A DNA stretch of 64,000 nucleotides from Oscillospiraceae bacterium (GTDB taxonomy: Bacteria; Bacillota; Clostridia; Oscillospirales; Oscillospiraceae), in NCBI GenBank assembly GCA_031262405.1, contig JAISHS010000033.1:10863-74862 (forward strand), written 5' to 3'. Position 1 is the stretch's first letter. The number at the start of each line of letters is the position of its first letter. The notes under the pieces are model-generated. The model was not told the DNA's origin and searched no databases. It saw only the letters and a list, made by a program, of their open reading frames with translations. This document shows, piece by piece, positions 40,549 to 49,461 of the stretch. Position numbers and translations under genes: made by a program.

Positions 40549-40557
40549 GGGTGAGAT

Positions 40558-40590
40558 CGTCATTGCCGGGCTTGACCCGGCAATCCACCC
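40558..40590 (-). repeat. REP-like hairpin unit (reverse orientation): cgtcattgccgggcttgacccggcaatccaccc
   Basis: Read directly. Confidence 0.9.
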
Positions 40591-40605
40591 GTCAAAAAAC
40601 CTCCG

Positions 40606-41394
40606 TCATCTGTCTTGTGCTATCAGCAGCTTCATTGCCTCGACGGCGGCTTTTACGGAGTTCATGGTGCTGTGGTCGGGCTCCTCGTGCAGACCCGCCA
40701 GCTCGCGCTCCTGATTCCAAATGACGTGGAAGCAGGCTCCGCAGCGGACGCCGAGCGCCGCCGCGACAACGAAGAGCGCGGCCGCCTCCATCTCGCTTGC
40801 CTTGACCCCCAGTCTTTTCCAAGACTCCCACTTATTCAGAAGCTCGTAGTAGACCGGGGACGCCTTTGGGCTGTGCTGACCATAGAAGCTGTCCTTGCTC
40901 TGGACAACGCCCGAGTGGACGGGGATTTTCAGGGACTTTGCCGCCTGCACCAAGGCATTCGCGACGTCCAAATCCGCGACCGCCGGAAACTCGATAGGCG
41001 CATATTCTAAGCTCGTGTGCTCAAAGCGCACGGCGCCCGTCGCCACGACAATGTCGCCGGACTTTACGCCGAGGTCGATTCCGCCGCAGGTGCCCGTGCG
41101 GATGAAGGTGTCCGCCCCGCAGCGGCGCAGCTCCTCCATCGCGATTGCGGCGGAGGGGCCGCCGATTCCGGTGGAGCAGGCCGTTACCTTTTCGCCCAGC
41201 AGATAGCCCGTAAAGAGGTTAAACTCGCGGTTATGGGCTATCTGCTTTGCGTTGTCAAGAAGCTCGGCAATGGCGGGAACCCGCCCCGGATCGCCGGGCA
41301 GGATGCAATAGCGCCCGACGTCCTCCGGCGAGCACTGGATGTGGAAGGGCTTTTCCATAGAGTCTAGCATTTCGGCCTTCTTATCTTCGTTCAT
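40606..41394 (-). CDS. udp: Uridine phosphorylase (PNP/UDP_1 family)
   Basis: ILPGDPGRV...HREF...[17 protein letters not shown] closely parallels Udp. The start ATG is at 41394 with RBS aaggaga. Confidence 0.8.
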   Translation of the reverse strand: MNEDKKAEMLDSMEKPFHIQCSPEDVGRYCILPGDPGRVPAIAELLDNAKQIAHNREFNLFTGYLLGEKVTACSTGIGGPSAAIAMEELRRCGADTFIRTGTCGGIDLGVKSGDIVVATGAVRFEHTSLEYAPIEFPAVADLDVANALVQAAKSLKIPVHSGVVQSKDSFYGQHSPKASPVYYELLNKWESWKRLGVKASEMEAAALFVVAAALGVRCGACFHVIWNQERELAGLHEEPDHSTMNSVKAAVEAMKLLIAQDR

Positions 41395-41511
41395 GAGCAG
41401 TTCTCCTTTGGAGTTGTTGTTACTATAATACAACAGCTTTCAGTTCTAATCAAGAGTAGTGGTATATAATTACAAGATACAAATAGATTTTGGTTTTTTA
41501 TTCACACAGGC

Positions 41512-41540
41512 TTGCATTTTTTGTCAATTTACTCTATAAT
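41512..41540 (+). promoter_or_regulatory. Sigma-A promoter (TTGCAT-17-TATAAT) for putP
   Basis: Hexamers read directly. Confidence 0.55.
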
Positions 41541-41604
41541 AGCGAATTAAGCTGCCGAGCCTTGGGTTTGGCGGTGAAAATGAGGATTGTAAGGGGGAAA
41601 CACA

Positions 41605-43164
41605 ATGGCTCCTGACGTAGTTCAGAGATTGGTGGCCATGGTCATCTACATGCTCGCAGTCATCGCGATTGGAATTGCGTTTTCTAAACGCGCGAACTCC
41701 AGCTCCGAGCATTACTTTTTAGGCGGGCGCAGCTTAGGCCCGTGGGTCACGGCGATGAGCGCGGAGGCTTCGGATATGTCCGGCTGGCTGCTCATGGGTC
41801 TGCCTGGGGTCGCATATTGGTGCGGCATCGCCGACGCCGCCTGGACGGCGATCGGTCTGGCAGTGGGAACTTATATCAACTGGCTTATCGTCTCTAAGCG
41901 GCTTCGCCGCTACAGCGTTAAGGCCAACAACTCGATTACCCTTCCGGAATTTTTCTCGAACCGCTTCCACGAGAAGAAGAAGGTCATTGAGACAATTTCT
42001 GCGGTGTTTATCCTCGTGTTCTTCACGGTCTATGCCGCCAGCTGTCTTGTCACCTGCGGAAAGCTCTTTTCGACGGTGTTCGGCGCCAGCTACATCAGCA
42101 TGATGCTTGTCGGCGCGGCCTTCGTCCTGCTGTATACCCTGCTGGGGGGCTTCCTTGCCGAGAGCGCCTCGGACTTTATGCAGGCCTTGGTTATGATCGT
42201 TGCCCTCACGGTGGTCGTAGTTATCGCCACCACGCAGGCGGGGGGCTTCGGGGCCGTTATTGACAATGCCAAGAGCATTGACGGCTTCTGGGACTTCTTC
42301 GGAATTGCCTCTCCGACGGTGGAGAACGGCACTCAGCTCGTCGAGGGCACTAAACCTCTCTTCGGAGCCGCCGGAAGCTATGGGCTGCTCACGATTCTCT
42401 CGACAACCGCCTGGGGTCTTGGCTACTTCGGAATGCCGCAGGTGCTTCTGCGCTTCATGGCTATTCGCAGCGAGCACGAGCTCAAGCGCTCCCGCCGCAT
42501 AGCGACCGTCTGGGTCGTGATCTCTCTGGCGATCGCCGTGTTCATCGGCGTCGTGGGGCGCGCGCTCTATCCGACGGAACTGCTGACCGCGTCAACGGCG
42601 GAGAATGTTTTCATCCTGCTCTCGACAAATCTCTTGCCTCCGCTGATCGGCGGCTTAGTTATGGCGGGAATTCTTGCCGCGGCTATCAGCTCTTCGGACT
42701 CCTATTTGCTCATCGCCTCGAGCTCCGTTGCGAAGAACATCTTCCAAGGGCTCTTTAAGAAGAACGCGACTGACAAGCAGGTCATGACCGTTTCGAGGAT
42801 AACCCTTGTTGCGATAGCGGTAATCGCCGCTGTAATCGCGCTCGACGAGAACAGCGTAATCTTCACCATCGTCTCCTTTGCCTGGGCGGGCTTCGGCGCA
42901 ACCTTCGGACCGCTCATGCTCTTCTCGCTGTTCTGGAAGCGCATAAACCGCGCCGGAGCAATCGCCGGAATGATCGGCGGCGGCGGAATGGTCTTCTTCT
43001 GGAAGCTGTTCATCCGCGTTCAATTTGCCGGAACGGTGCTGGATATCTATGAGCTGCTCCCGGCCTTCATCTTCTCGAGCATACTCATCGTTGTGGTGTC
43101 CTGCCTCACGGCAGAGCCCTCCGACGAGATAAAAGCGGAGTTCGACGCAGTGAAGATCGGATAA
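41605..43164 (+). CDS. putP: Sodium/proline symporter (SSS family)
   Basis: YFLGGRSLGPWVTAMSAEASDMSGWLLMGLPG matches the PutP N-terminal signature. About 13 TM segments. Confidence 0.85.
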   Translation: MAPDVVQRLVAMVIYMLAVIAIGIAFSKRANSSSEHYFLGGRSLGPWVTAMSAEASDMSGWLLMGLPGVAYWCGIADAAWTAIGLAVGTYINWLIVSKRLRRYSVKANNSITLPEFFSNRFHEKKKVIETISAVFILVFFTVYAASCLVTCGKLFSTVFGASYISMMLVGAAFVLLYTLLGGFLAESASDFMQALVMIVALTVVVVIATTQAGGFGAVIDNAKSIDGFWDFFGIASPTVENGTQLVEGTKPLFGAAGSYGLLTILSTTAWGLGYFGMPQVLLRFMAIRSEHELKRSRRIATVWVVISLAIAVFIGVVGRALYPTELLTASTAENVFILLSTNLLPPLIGGLVMAGILAAAISSSDSYLLIASSSVAKNIFQGLFKKNATDKQVMTVSRITLVAIAVIAAVIALDENSVIFTIVSFAWAGFGATFGPLMLFSLFWKRINRAGAIAGMIGGGGMVFFWKLFIRVQFAGTVLDIYELLPAFIFSSILIVVVSCLTAEPSDEIKAEFDAVKIG

Positions 43165-43221
43165 CAGATAAGAGATAATAGATAATAGATAGATGGTGGT
43201 CGCGCTTGAGCGCGACCACCA
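43159..43221 (+). repeat. Heptamer array (ggataac agataag agataat agataat agataga) plus a 12-bp hairpin tggtggtcgcgc/gcgcgaccacca
   Basis: Read directly. The putP stop TAA (43162-43164) is in unit 1. Confidence 0.9.
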
Positions 43222-43471
43222 TTAAAAAATCTTCGTCCCAGCTACGTACCCACGGCAGTAGCGACTGTTACGAAGTAAAGGAGCGACCCTGACCGCGTAG
43301 CGGCACGCTCCAACAGAGCGAAGCGTCATTGGGCTCCTTTCTTTGCGGGGAGTCAAGAGGGGAGCTTTTCTTTCCGCAGAAAGAAAGCTTCCCTTTTGCG
43401 CCGTCCGCGCAGGACGCCTCGCCGTGGCAACGGCGCGTCCTTGCTGTCGCTGTAGCGACAGCTAATACTAA

Positions 43472-45640
43472 TTACAAATAGTGTTTTAGTTTTTCAATAA
43501 TCTCATTGAAGTTCACGGGCTTTGCTATGTGGTCGTTCATTCCGGCGTTGAGGCAACGTTCGACGTCCTCCTTGAAGGCGTTGGCGGTCATGGCGATAAT
43601 GGGGAGCATCGCGCCGGACTCGCGAATAAGGCGCGTTGCGTCATAGCCGTTTAGCTCCGGCATTTGAATATCCATCATGACAAGGTCAAAGCTGTCCGGA
43701 GCTTCAAGGAAAATGTCGACGGCGGCGGCACCGTTTACGGCGCAGACGACCTCGGCAAGAGTTTCCTCCAGCATGGACAAAATGATTTCGCGGTTAATTT
43801 CAATGTCTTCGGCCAAGAGTATGCGCTTGCCCTTGAATATACCCTTTATCGAAAGGTCGTTCATGCGGGCGGCGCCGCTTTGAAGTTCATATGAGGGGGC
43901 TTCTTCGCTGCTCTTGCGCGCGTGACCGACGGGAACCCGTATTGAGAAATAGAAACGGGAGCCCTCGCCCAAGACGGATTTTACTTCGATAACCCCGCCC
44001 ATCTGCCTTATGATATTCTGGGAAATCGCAAGCCCAAGCCCCGTGCCGCCGAAGGTCTGAGAGATGTTCGCGTCGGCCTGACGGAAGTCTTGAAAAAGCT
44101 TTTCCTGAGTTTCCTTTGACATTCCGATGCCCGTGTCGTTTACGGAGAATTCGAGTATGCACCAATCCGAAACCCACTCGGGACATCTTACCGCAAGCTC
44201 AATCGTGCCGCCCTCGGGAGTAAACTTGACGGCGTTTGTGATTAGATTTAAGATTACCTGTGAGAGCCTCTGAGGGTCCGAGACGATAGCCTCGGGGGCG
44301 TCCTTACCGATGGTAACCAAGAGCTTTTGGTTTTTTCGCTGAGCGCGGTCGCCGACGAGCATGATGGTGTTGTCGATCATCTCGTCGAAGCGGAAGTCAA
44401 TGCTGGCAAGCTCCAGCTTTCCGGCGTCTATTTTAGACAAATCGAGAATGTCGTTTATAACGCCCAGAAGGTGAAGCGCAGAGACATTGACCTTGTCCAG
44501 ACAGTATCTCATGCGCTCTATGTCCGCTGAGGAGCGGGCAAGCTCGCTCATGCCGATAATAGCGTTCAAGGGCGTTCGTATTTCGTGGCTCATGTTCGCG
44601 AGAAAGGCGGCCTTTGCCTTTGCCGAATCCTCCGCCGCTTCCTTCGCGGCAATCAGCTCCTCGCGGTTGAGCTTGAGCATGAGGGCGTTGACTATAAGCC
44701 CCGCGACAAGCTCGGCGAAGACGACGTCCTTCTCCTCTTCAAAGGCGGCCTTCGGCTTGGGATTGACCAAGTCCTCCGTCTCGGGTATGGGAGTGCATTT
44801 TTCAAAACGGATAAGTCCGTAACAGCTTTCGTTGATTATCAGCGGAACGGTTATGAAGGCATGAACGCCGGAGTCGAAGAAGGGTCGGAAGGTCTCGTCG
44901 GTCTCGGTGTTTTGACAGAAAAGCCGCCCGCGCCTGCGCTCTCCGAAAATGCTCTTGAGGCTTATGTAGTCGTGACGCGGCCGATTAGCGTGGTCCTCCG
45001 CAGCTTCGGGGGCAAAGCGCGCCCCACTAAACCAGACGCGCTCAACCGTCAGTTCGTGAGACTCCGGGTCGCATTTGAAGAAGAAGGCTCGATCGAGCTT
45101 CATGAAGAGGCAGGAGGCTCTGAGCATACCGAAAATCTGCTCGTCCTGATCCCCGGAGGAAATGAGGCTCTCAGCCATTTGGCTAAAGAGATTCTGCTGC
45201 TCAAGCCTTGCCGCGAGCATCTCCTCATTGAGCTTGAGATCGGTAATATCAACGCCCTGTTCAAAGTGAACCGTGCGCCCGTCATACCAAGTCATCAGAG
45301 AGTCATAGTTGCGAAAGCGCCCTTGGGTTATTCCGGGCAGATTCTCATCCCAGCTGTAGCTCTCGTCCGGGTGCTTAAGAAGATAGTGCATCCCGCAGAA
45401 GCTGCAACGCTCTGTCTGACGGGCAAAGCTCTCGTAACACTTCGTCCCGATAGGATCGATTTCCACATCGTAATCGCGTCTTATTTTGTTGTTGGCGAAG
45501 ATTATGCTGTCGTTTGAGGCGTCGGTTATAAGCAGCTGTATGTTGAGGTTCTTGAGGATAGTCAGATACATATCGCGCTCCCGGCGCGTCTGCTCAAGAA
45601 GCTTTTCCAAGCTTTCTGTTTTTTCGTTCGGGTTTTCCAT
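43472..45640 (-). CDS. Hybrid sensor histidine kinase / response regulator (PAS, GAF-like, HisKA, HATPase_c, REC)
   Basis: H-box MSHEIRTPLNAI, G-box GTGLGLAIS and a receiver domain DLVMMDIQMPELNG. Confidence 0.85.
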   Translation of the reverse strand: MENPNEKTESLEKLLEQTRRERDMYLTILKNLNIQLLITDASNDSIIFANNKIRRDYDVEIDPIGTKCYESFARQTERCSFCGMHYLLKHPDESYSWDENLPGITQGRFRNYDSLMTWYDGRTVHFEQGVDITDLKLNEEMLAARLEQQNLFSQMAESLISSGDQDEQIFGMLRASCLFMKLDRAFFFKCDPESHELTVERVWFSGARFAPEAAEDHANRPRHDYISLKSIFGERRRGRLFCQNTETDETFRPFFDSGVHAFITVPLIINESCYGLIRFEKCTPIPETEDLVNPKPKAAFEEEKDVVFAELVAGLIVNALMLKLNREELIAAKEAAEDSAKAKAAFLANMSHEIRTPLNAIIGMSELARSSADIERMRYCLDKVNVSALHLLGVINDILDLSKIDAGKLELASIDFRFDEMIDNTIMLVGDRAQRKNQKLLVTIGKDAPEAIVSDPQRLSQVILNLITNAVKFTPEGGTIELAVRCPEWVSDWCILEFSVNDTGIGMSKETQEKLFQDFRQADANISQTFGGTGLGLAISQNIIRQMGGVIEVKSVLGEGSRFYFSIRVPVGHARKSSEEAPSYELQSGAARMNDLSIKGIFKGKRILLAEDIEINREIILSMLEETLAEVVCAVNGAAAVDIFLEAPDSFDLVMMDIQMPELNGYDATRLIRESGAMLPIIAMTANAFKEDVERCLNAGMNDHIAKPVNFNEIIEKLKHYL

Positions 45641-45833
45641 TGACGGCCTCCAAGCTGCGGGCATAGATAATGCTGCTAAGCAAAAACAATTTCGTGATTA
45701 TATCAAAAAAATTGCCGACGAGCGGTGAGAATAAAAAACGGTTATACTTAATCGTATCATGTTTTTAAAAAACTTGCAATGAATTTTTAGAGAAGTGATA
45801 TTTATTTTGCAATATTGTTACAATATGGCATTA

Positions 45834-45876
45834 AAAGCCCTGCGGATATGAACGAGATTCAAATCCGCAGGGCTTT
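45834..45876 (-). terminator. Terminator downstream of the sigma/anti-sigma operon
   Basis: 14-bp stem aaagccctgcggat / atccgcagggcttt, with a U-run on the minus strand. Confidence 0.6.
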
Positions 45877-45914
45877 AGGGTTATATACCGCTAGGATGTT
45901 TAGTGCGCGGTTAC

Positions 45915-46892
45915 CTAGTCGTCTTTTGTCTTTTTCGTCAGTCCCAACGCGAGCAGCAAGGCTCCCGCGGCGACGCCGACTATGAGGATTAGCAGCGTGA
46001 TGTTGTTGTCGGTCGTGGTCTCGTTCCAGAGTGTGAGGTTGACCTGGGCAATGCTCGGAGTCACTTTGCCGTAAATTATCCAGTTTATGGCGTCCTCGAT
46101 GAAGCCGAGATAGACGCCGGTGAAGGCGGTGCAGATTCCCGCCCTGATTAGGGCGCTCGCGCGGAGGTAGTGGATTACGAGGAAGAGTACCCAAGGCAGG
46201 GTGATGGCGATAAGCGCCGAGGGTATGGCGTTCGGCAGGCGGGAAAGCCCGCCGTTATAGCCCAGCCCCGCGACTATAAGTCCAAACAAGAGTACCGTGT
46301 CTGCCGCCATAACGAGCAGTCCGCGATTTTCCGCTGCGAAGCCCCGGAGCGGGAGGCGATTTGTCACATAGGGCAAAAAGCAGATACTCAGCCCGAACAC
46401 GATAGACAGCGCAGTGATGAAGAACCAATCCCCGCCGCTATATAGGCAGCAGCTCAGGAGCAGCAGCAGGAGGCTCCCCGTAAAGCTAACGAGCGTCCAG
46501 AAGAATTTCTCCTCGCTGACCATGAGGGGCACGACCGTCAGCGACGCGAGGGTCATGAGCGCGGTCAATACGATGAAGAACCAGTCGAGCGCGCTCCCCG
46601 TGGCGATGTTTACAATCAGACAGACGAGAATCGGTATCGCGAAAATCCCCGCCATTGTTGCGCCGACGACAAAGGATTTGCGCTTCTCGGTCTTGGCGTG
46701 GCGGGTCAGAACCCCGCTTCTCTCTCTCGTTATGGTTTCGTCTAAAGAACCCGATTTCATTTTCTCCAAAAGTGCGCGGCAGTCGGCGCACTCGTTTAAG
46801 TGCTCCTCCACGAGCTCGCGGCTCGCGGCGCTTAGAACCCCGTCGCAATACAGCGGCAGCAGATCTCGAATTATTTCACAGCTTGTTTTCAT
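45915..46892 (-). CDS. Anti-sigma factor (zf-HC2) with polytopic membrane domain
   Basis: N-terminal C-x25-H-x3-C-x2-C (CEIIRDLLPLYCDG...HLNECADC). It overlaps the ECF sigma gene by 4 nt. Confidence 0.75.
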   Translation of the reverse strand: MKTSCEIIRDLLPLYCDGVLSAASRELVEEHLNECADCRALLEKMKSGSLDETITRERSGVLTRHAKTEKRKSFVVGATMAGIFAIPILVCLIVNIATGSALDWFFIVLTALMTLASLTVVPLMVSEEKFFWTLVSFTGSLLLLLLSCCLYSGGDWFFITALSIVFGLSICFLPYVTNRLPLRGFAAENRGLLVMAADTVLLFGLIVAGLGYNGGLSRLPNAIPSALIAITLPWVLFLVIHYLRASALIRAGICTAFTGVYLGFIEDAINWIIYGKVTPSIAQVNLTLWNETTTDNNITLLILIVGVAAGALLLALGLTKKTKDD

Positions 46893-47368
46893 AACAGCTC
46901 CATCCTTTCAATTAGCTTAAGTCTGGCGCGATGATAGGTCACCCGCGCCCAGTTTTCGGTTTTGCCGAAGATCAGCGCGATTTTCGCAAAGGGCAGCTCG
47001 CCGAACACCCGCAGAGAGAATACCTCTTTATATGGCTCGGGCAGCTCGTGGAGCGCCCGGTGCACCCGGAGGGCAGCTTCTCGGTCAAGCAGCGTCTCCT
47101 CGAAGCTTTCGGCGGCGGACTGCTCGTCAGAAAGCGGCGCGAGGCCGCTTTGCGCGCGCAGCTCGTCGGCAAAGAGGTTCTTGGCAATTGAACACAGCCA
47201 GGTCAGCTCGGAGGCCTCGCCCCGGTGCTTTGAGACCGCGGTGAGTGCCTTGAAGAAGGTCTTTTGGGTGATTTCCTCTGCCAGCTCGCGGTTTTTCGCC
47301 AGCGTCATCACGAAGGAATAGACGCTCATGTAATACGTGTTGTAAAGCTGCTCGGCACTCGAGTCCAT
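46889..47368 (-). CDS. ECF-type RNA polymerase sigma factor
   Basis: Sigma-70 region 2 and region 4 (LPEPYKEVFSLRVFGELPFAKIA). 159 aa. Confidence 0.85.
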   Translation of the reverse strand: MDSSAEQLYNTYYMSVYSFVMTLAKNRELAEEITQKTFFKALTAVSKHRGEASELTWLCSIAKNLFADELRAQSGLAPLSDEQSAAESFEETLLDREAALRVHRALHELPEPYKEVFSLRVFGELPFAKIALIFGKTENWARVTYHRARLKLIERMELL

Positions 47369-47389
47369 ATCATCACCAGCCCTCTTGAC

Positions 47390-47425
47390 GGCATTTTATC
47401 AAAAAAAGTGTTTTGATAAAATGCC
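47390..47425. repeat. Perfect 15-bp palindrome ggcattttatcaaaa / ttttgataaaatgcc
   Basis: Read directly. It lies 22 nt upstream of the ECF sigma start. Confidence 0.85.
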
Positions 47426-47430
47426 TTAAT

Positions 47431-47484
47431 GAACAATGAACATTGAACATTGAACAATGAATAGTTGTTGAGTCGCTGCGCGAC
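47431..47484 (+). repeat. Heptamer array (gaacaat gaacatt gaacatt gaacaat gaatagt) plus hairpin gtcgc/gcgac
   Basis: Read directly. Confidence 0.9.
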
Positions 47485-47558
47485 ACATTTAGTTTTTTGA
47501 GATCTCGCAGGTTAGACGCAGAAGAAGAGGATTCGTTACAAGGAAAATGTAAATACTT

Positions 47559-47587
47559 CGTCATTGCGGGCTTGACCCGCAATCTCC
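47559..47587 (-). repeat. REP-like hairpin unit (reverse): cgtcattgcgggcttgacccgcaatctcc
   Basis: Read directly. Confidence 0.9.
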
Positions 47588-47616
47588 ATACTATAACGTA
47601 GATTACTCTATTACAC

Positions 47617-47658
47617 GGGGGGATTCCGTGTCAAGCACGGAATGACGGTGGGGTCGCC
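47617..47658 (+). repeat. REP-like hairpin unit ggggggattccgtgtcaagcacggaatgacggtggggtcgcc
   Basis: Read directly. Confidence 0.9.
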
Positions 47659-47714
47659 GTCCCCCGTCCTTCGTCCCTCGTAATCTGTCCTCTGTCTTCT
47701 CGCCTCTGTCCTCT
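47659..47714 (-). repeat. GC-rich heptamer array, 8 units (minus strand: agaggac agaggcg agaagac agaggac agattac gagggac gaaggac gggggac)
   Basis: Read directly. Confidence 0.85.
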
Positions 47715-47718
47715 GGAA

Positions 47719-47766
47719 GGGTCTTATTGTTTTTACGCGCGAAGCAGCGTAAAAACAATAAGACCC
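47719..47766. repeat. Perfect 20-bp palindrome gggtcttattgtttttacgc / gcgtaaaaacaataagaccc
   Basis: Read directly. A second small hairpin plus a T-run follows at 47764-47793. Confidence 0.85.
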
Positions 47767-48008
47767 TGACACCGTCAGGGCCTTACTGTTTTTGAGAGAG
47801 GATTGTTATAGAGGATGAGGGGAAGAAAATCGAAACTATCTGTCATGCCTTGTCTGCCGCTTTGCCATACGTCAGCTTCAGCATGATTGTATGATAAAAT
47901 ACACTTTTGTCCCTGTCGTGAATACATTATGAAAACTTTGTAAACTTATCCAAGGTTATCTAACTCACCGTTAAGTTTCCCGTTAATATGTCTTGAGCCC
48001 GTTAGCGC

Positions 48009-49457
48009 TCAGCCTTTCTTGCTCTCCTTCTCCTTTTCCTTGAGCTTCACCGTGAAGACGAAGCGCGTCACACCGTCGCGGCTGGTGACGGAGACGTCCT
48101 CATTGTGGTTATTTAAAATTGTCTTGGCTATGGACAGCCCCAGCCCGACGCCGTCGCGGTCGCGGCTGCGCGATTTGTCGAGCTTGCGGAAGCGGTCGAA
48201 GATGAAGGGCAGCTCCTCGGGGTCTATTGTCTGTCCCCGGTTTTCCACCGCGACATAGGCTCTGCCGTCCTGTTTCCAGAGCGAGACCGTTATAACGGAG
48301 CCCTTCTCGGCGAACTTTACCGCGTTGTCGAGCAGATTATAAAACACCTGCGTCAGCGAGTCCTCGTCGCCGCGCACAAGAATTCTCTCCTCAGGAAGGC
48401 GCGCGTCCACGTCGAGGCCGCCCGAGGTAATTTTGTTTTCAAACGCAAGCAGCGTACGCACGACGACCTCCGCAATGTCGAAGCTTCCGGCGAGCAGCGA
48501 CGGCGTATCAACGTTCTGGATTCGGCTCATGTGGAGCATCTGCCTTACCATGCGGGAGAGGCGTTTGGTCTCGCTGCTTATGACCTCCAGATATTTATCC
48601 TGCTCCGCCTTGGGAATTGTCCCGTCCAGAATTCCGTCGGCGAAGCCGCCGATGGTCGTCATGGGCGTTTTAAGCTCGTGCGAGACATTGGCGATAAATT
48701 CGCTTCGCAGCTGCTCAGACTTCTCCAGCGACTCCGCCATGGAGTTGAAGGAGTCGGCGAGCGCGGCGATCTCGTCCTCCGAACGCCTTGGAGTAACCCG
48801 CGCCGAGAAATCGCCGTAGGCGAATTTGCGTGCCGCCGCCGCTATCTCGTTTATAGGCTCCGCCTGACGGCGGGAGGCATAGAAGCTAAGCACGATTGCT
48901 ATCAGCAAAACCGAGACCGCAAGCAATATAAACAGCTGCGAGGTATTCCCCCAGGTCGCCACAATGTCCGTGAAATCGCTGCCGACGAAGGTATATGCCA
49001 TGATAGTCGTGCCCGCGACGATGACGGGCGCGGCGACGAAATAGTAAGAGCCGCCGCCGGAGGTGTTCTCGAAGCCGAAGCTGCCTCCGCTCAGGGTCTG
49101 ACTGATAACGCTCTCCATGAGCTTTGGTTCCAGAACCGTGCCCTCGTTTATGGCAAGCCCCTCGCGCGGGGCAAAATTGACGACCGTGCCGTTAGTGCTC
49201 GTGATGAAGATGACGTTGCCGGTGCTGTCTGAAACCGTGGAGAGGATTATTTTGAAGTCCCAGGAATCGAGGTTGTCATACTCGAGAAACGCCGCCGCCG
49301 TCCGGCTCATAGTCTCCGCGTTGAGGAGTATGCTGTCCTTTCGGGTGTCCACAGCGAAGCTGCGCCCGAGCGTTATAAACGACGCCCCCAGAAGCGTGAA
49401 GCTGAGCGCCACGAGCAGAGCCAGCAGAGAGAAGTTCTTTAGAAAAATGCTGTTCAT
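48009..49457 (-). CDS. Sensor histidine kinase (2 TM, HAMP, HisKA, HATPase_c)
   Basis: H-box VSHELKTPMTTI and G-box GVGLGLSIAK. Confidence 0.85.
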   Translation of the reverse strand: MNSIFLKNFSLLALLVALSFTLLGASFITLGRSFAVDTRKDSILLNAETMSRTAAAFLEYDNLDSWDFKIILSTVSDSTGNVIFITSTNGTVVNFAPREGLAINEGTVLEPKLMESVISQTLSGGSFGFENTSGGGSYYFVAAPVIVAGTTIMAYTFVGSDFTDIVATWGNTSQLFILLAVSVLLIAIVLSFYASRRQAEPINEIAAAARKFAYGDFSARVTPRRSEDEIAALADSFNSMAESLEKSEQLRSEFIANVSHELKTPMTTIGGFADGILDGTIPKAEQDKYLEVISSETKRLSRMVRQMLHMSRIQNVDTPSLLAGSFDIAEVVVRTLLAFENKITSGGLDVDARLPEERILVRGDEDSLTQVFYNLLDNAVKFAEKGSVITVSLWKQDGRAYVAVENRGQTIDPEELPFIFDRFRKLDKSRSRDRDGVGLGLSIAKTILNNHNEDVSVTSRDGVTRFVFTVKLKEKEKESKKG

Positions 49458-49461
49458 AGCG

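Noticed and set aside
47431-47484. I considered whether the GAAC-rich array could be a set of ECF sigma -35 boxes (GAAC-N16-GTC) driving autoregulation of the adjacent ECF sigma gene.
   Set aside because: The motifs are on the plus strand and point away from the sigma gene, which is on the minus strand. No plus-strand gene lies downstream. The array has the standard heptamer-plus-hairpin architecture of the repeat family.
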